Virus record (IMG/VR): IMGVR_UViG_3300006145_000006
Span: 2,480-66,479 of that record
Length of the DNA: 64,000 bases
Origin: a virus
Taxonomy: Duplodnaviria > Heunggongvirae > Uroviricota > Caudoviricetes
Reading direction: 5' to 3' (one strand)
Part shown: piece by piece, positions 63,647 to 64,000 of the stretch
Position numbering within the stretch: position 1 is the first letter of the stretch
Layout of the letters: each line of letters opens with the position of its first letter
Notes under the pieces: generated by a model
Databases searched by the model: none
Told to the model about the DNA's origin: nothing
The model's input: only the letters and a program-made list of their open reading frames with translations
Translations under genes and position numbers: made by a program

Positions 63647-63964
63647 TTATGGTCTGTAATCAGTATCCATCCCAAGATGCCACTTGTCCTTCTCTCCGTT
63701 GTAGAAGTGCTCGGACAGGTCGCAGAGAGACTTCTTTCCGGAAAGCAACGCATGGTAGTCAGCAATAACCATCTCATCCGTATAGCCGGCGTACTGGTTA
63801 CTACCAATGTGTAGCCGGAACGGATGACCTCCCTTAATCCAAGCGCCATCGGTTCTTTGTGCCATTGGGTAGGCTGCGATTACTAATGACGAGCTTGGCT
63901 CTGCCCAGCTCTCAAGCTGGACGTGTACTCCGTCTGGAAGGCGACCATTATCAATAACTCTCAC
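63647..63964 (-). CDS. hypothetical protein
   Basis: 105 aa. Confidence 0.35.
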   Translation of the reverse strand: MRVIDNGRLPDGVHVQLESWAEPSSSLVIAAYPMAQRTDGAWIKGGHPFRLHIGSNQYAGYTDEMVIADYHALLSGKKSLCDLSEHFYNGEKDKWHLGMDTDYRP

Positions 63965-64000
63965 CGTATCAACTCACCCCTCAAAAGCCTATAAAACCAT

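Overview
This 64 kb window is a segment of a temperate siphovirus-like phage genome, most likely from a Firmicutes/Clostridia host. It may be extrachromosomal or a metagenomic contig rather than an integrated prophage, because an apparently intact attP lies inside it.

Layout:
- The + strand from ~1.2 to 22.4 kb carries a GC-rich late module. It holds the tape measure protein (TMP), a tail tip (Tal-like) protein, a Dit-like protein, collagen-like and receptor-binding tail fibers, a GT92-like glycosyltransferase and a lysis cassette (CHAP endolysin, two holins, a membrane protein) ending at a strong terminator.
- At ~23.0-23.4 kb is an attP-like region: a tRNA 3'-end-like core flanked by repeated TTCCTAACC arm motifs. 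An xis-int pair on the - strand converges on it.
- From 24.9 kb to 64 kb every substantial gene is on the - strand. This is an early/replication/nucleotide-metabolism arm containing: NrdD, a 5'-nucleotidase, a dNMP kinase, ThyX, a SleB-like hydrolase and HU; three DNA methyltransferases (one apparently circularly permuted C5-MTase overlapped by a compact MetK-like SAM synthetase); three or four HNH homing endonucleases; a band-7/SPFH protein; DnaE-like polymerase and primase-helicase; an Exo + Rad52-like SSAP + SSB recombination module; tRNA-Met; an XRE regulator; a Mesh1/SpoT-like HD alarmone hydrolase and a metallophosphatase; a second tyrosine recombinase; and an EndoA/MazF-like toxin with no adjacent antitoxin.

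The most unusual cargo is inside the tail module: a radical SAM/SPASM (ScfB-like) enzyme directly upstream of a protein whose N-terminus is an expanded SCIFF-like CxxxC repeat fused to an Fn3 domain. This is a candidate phage-borne ranthipeptide-type cross-linked structural or secreted protein. Immediately after it comes a promoter-gene-terminator moron encoding a membrane/coiled-coil protein.
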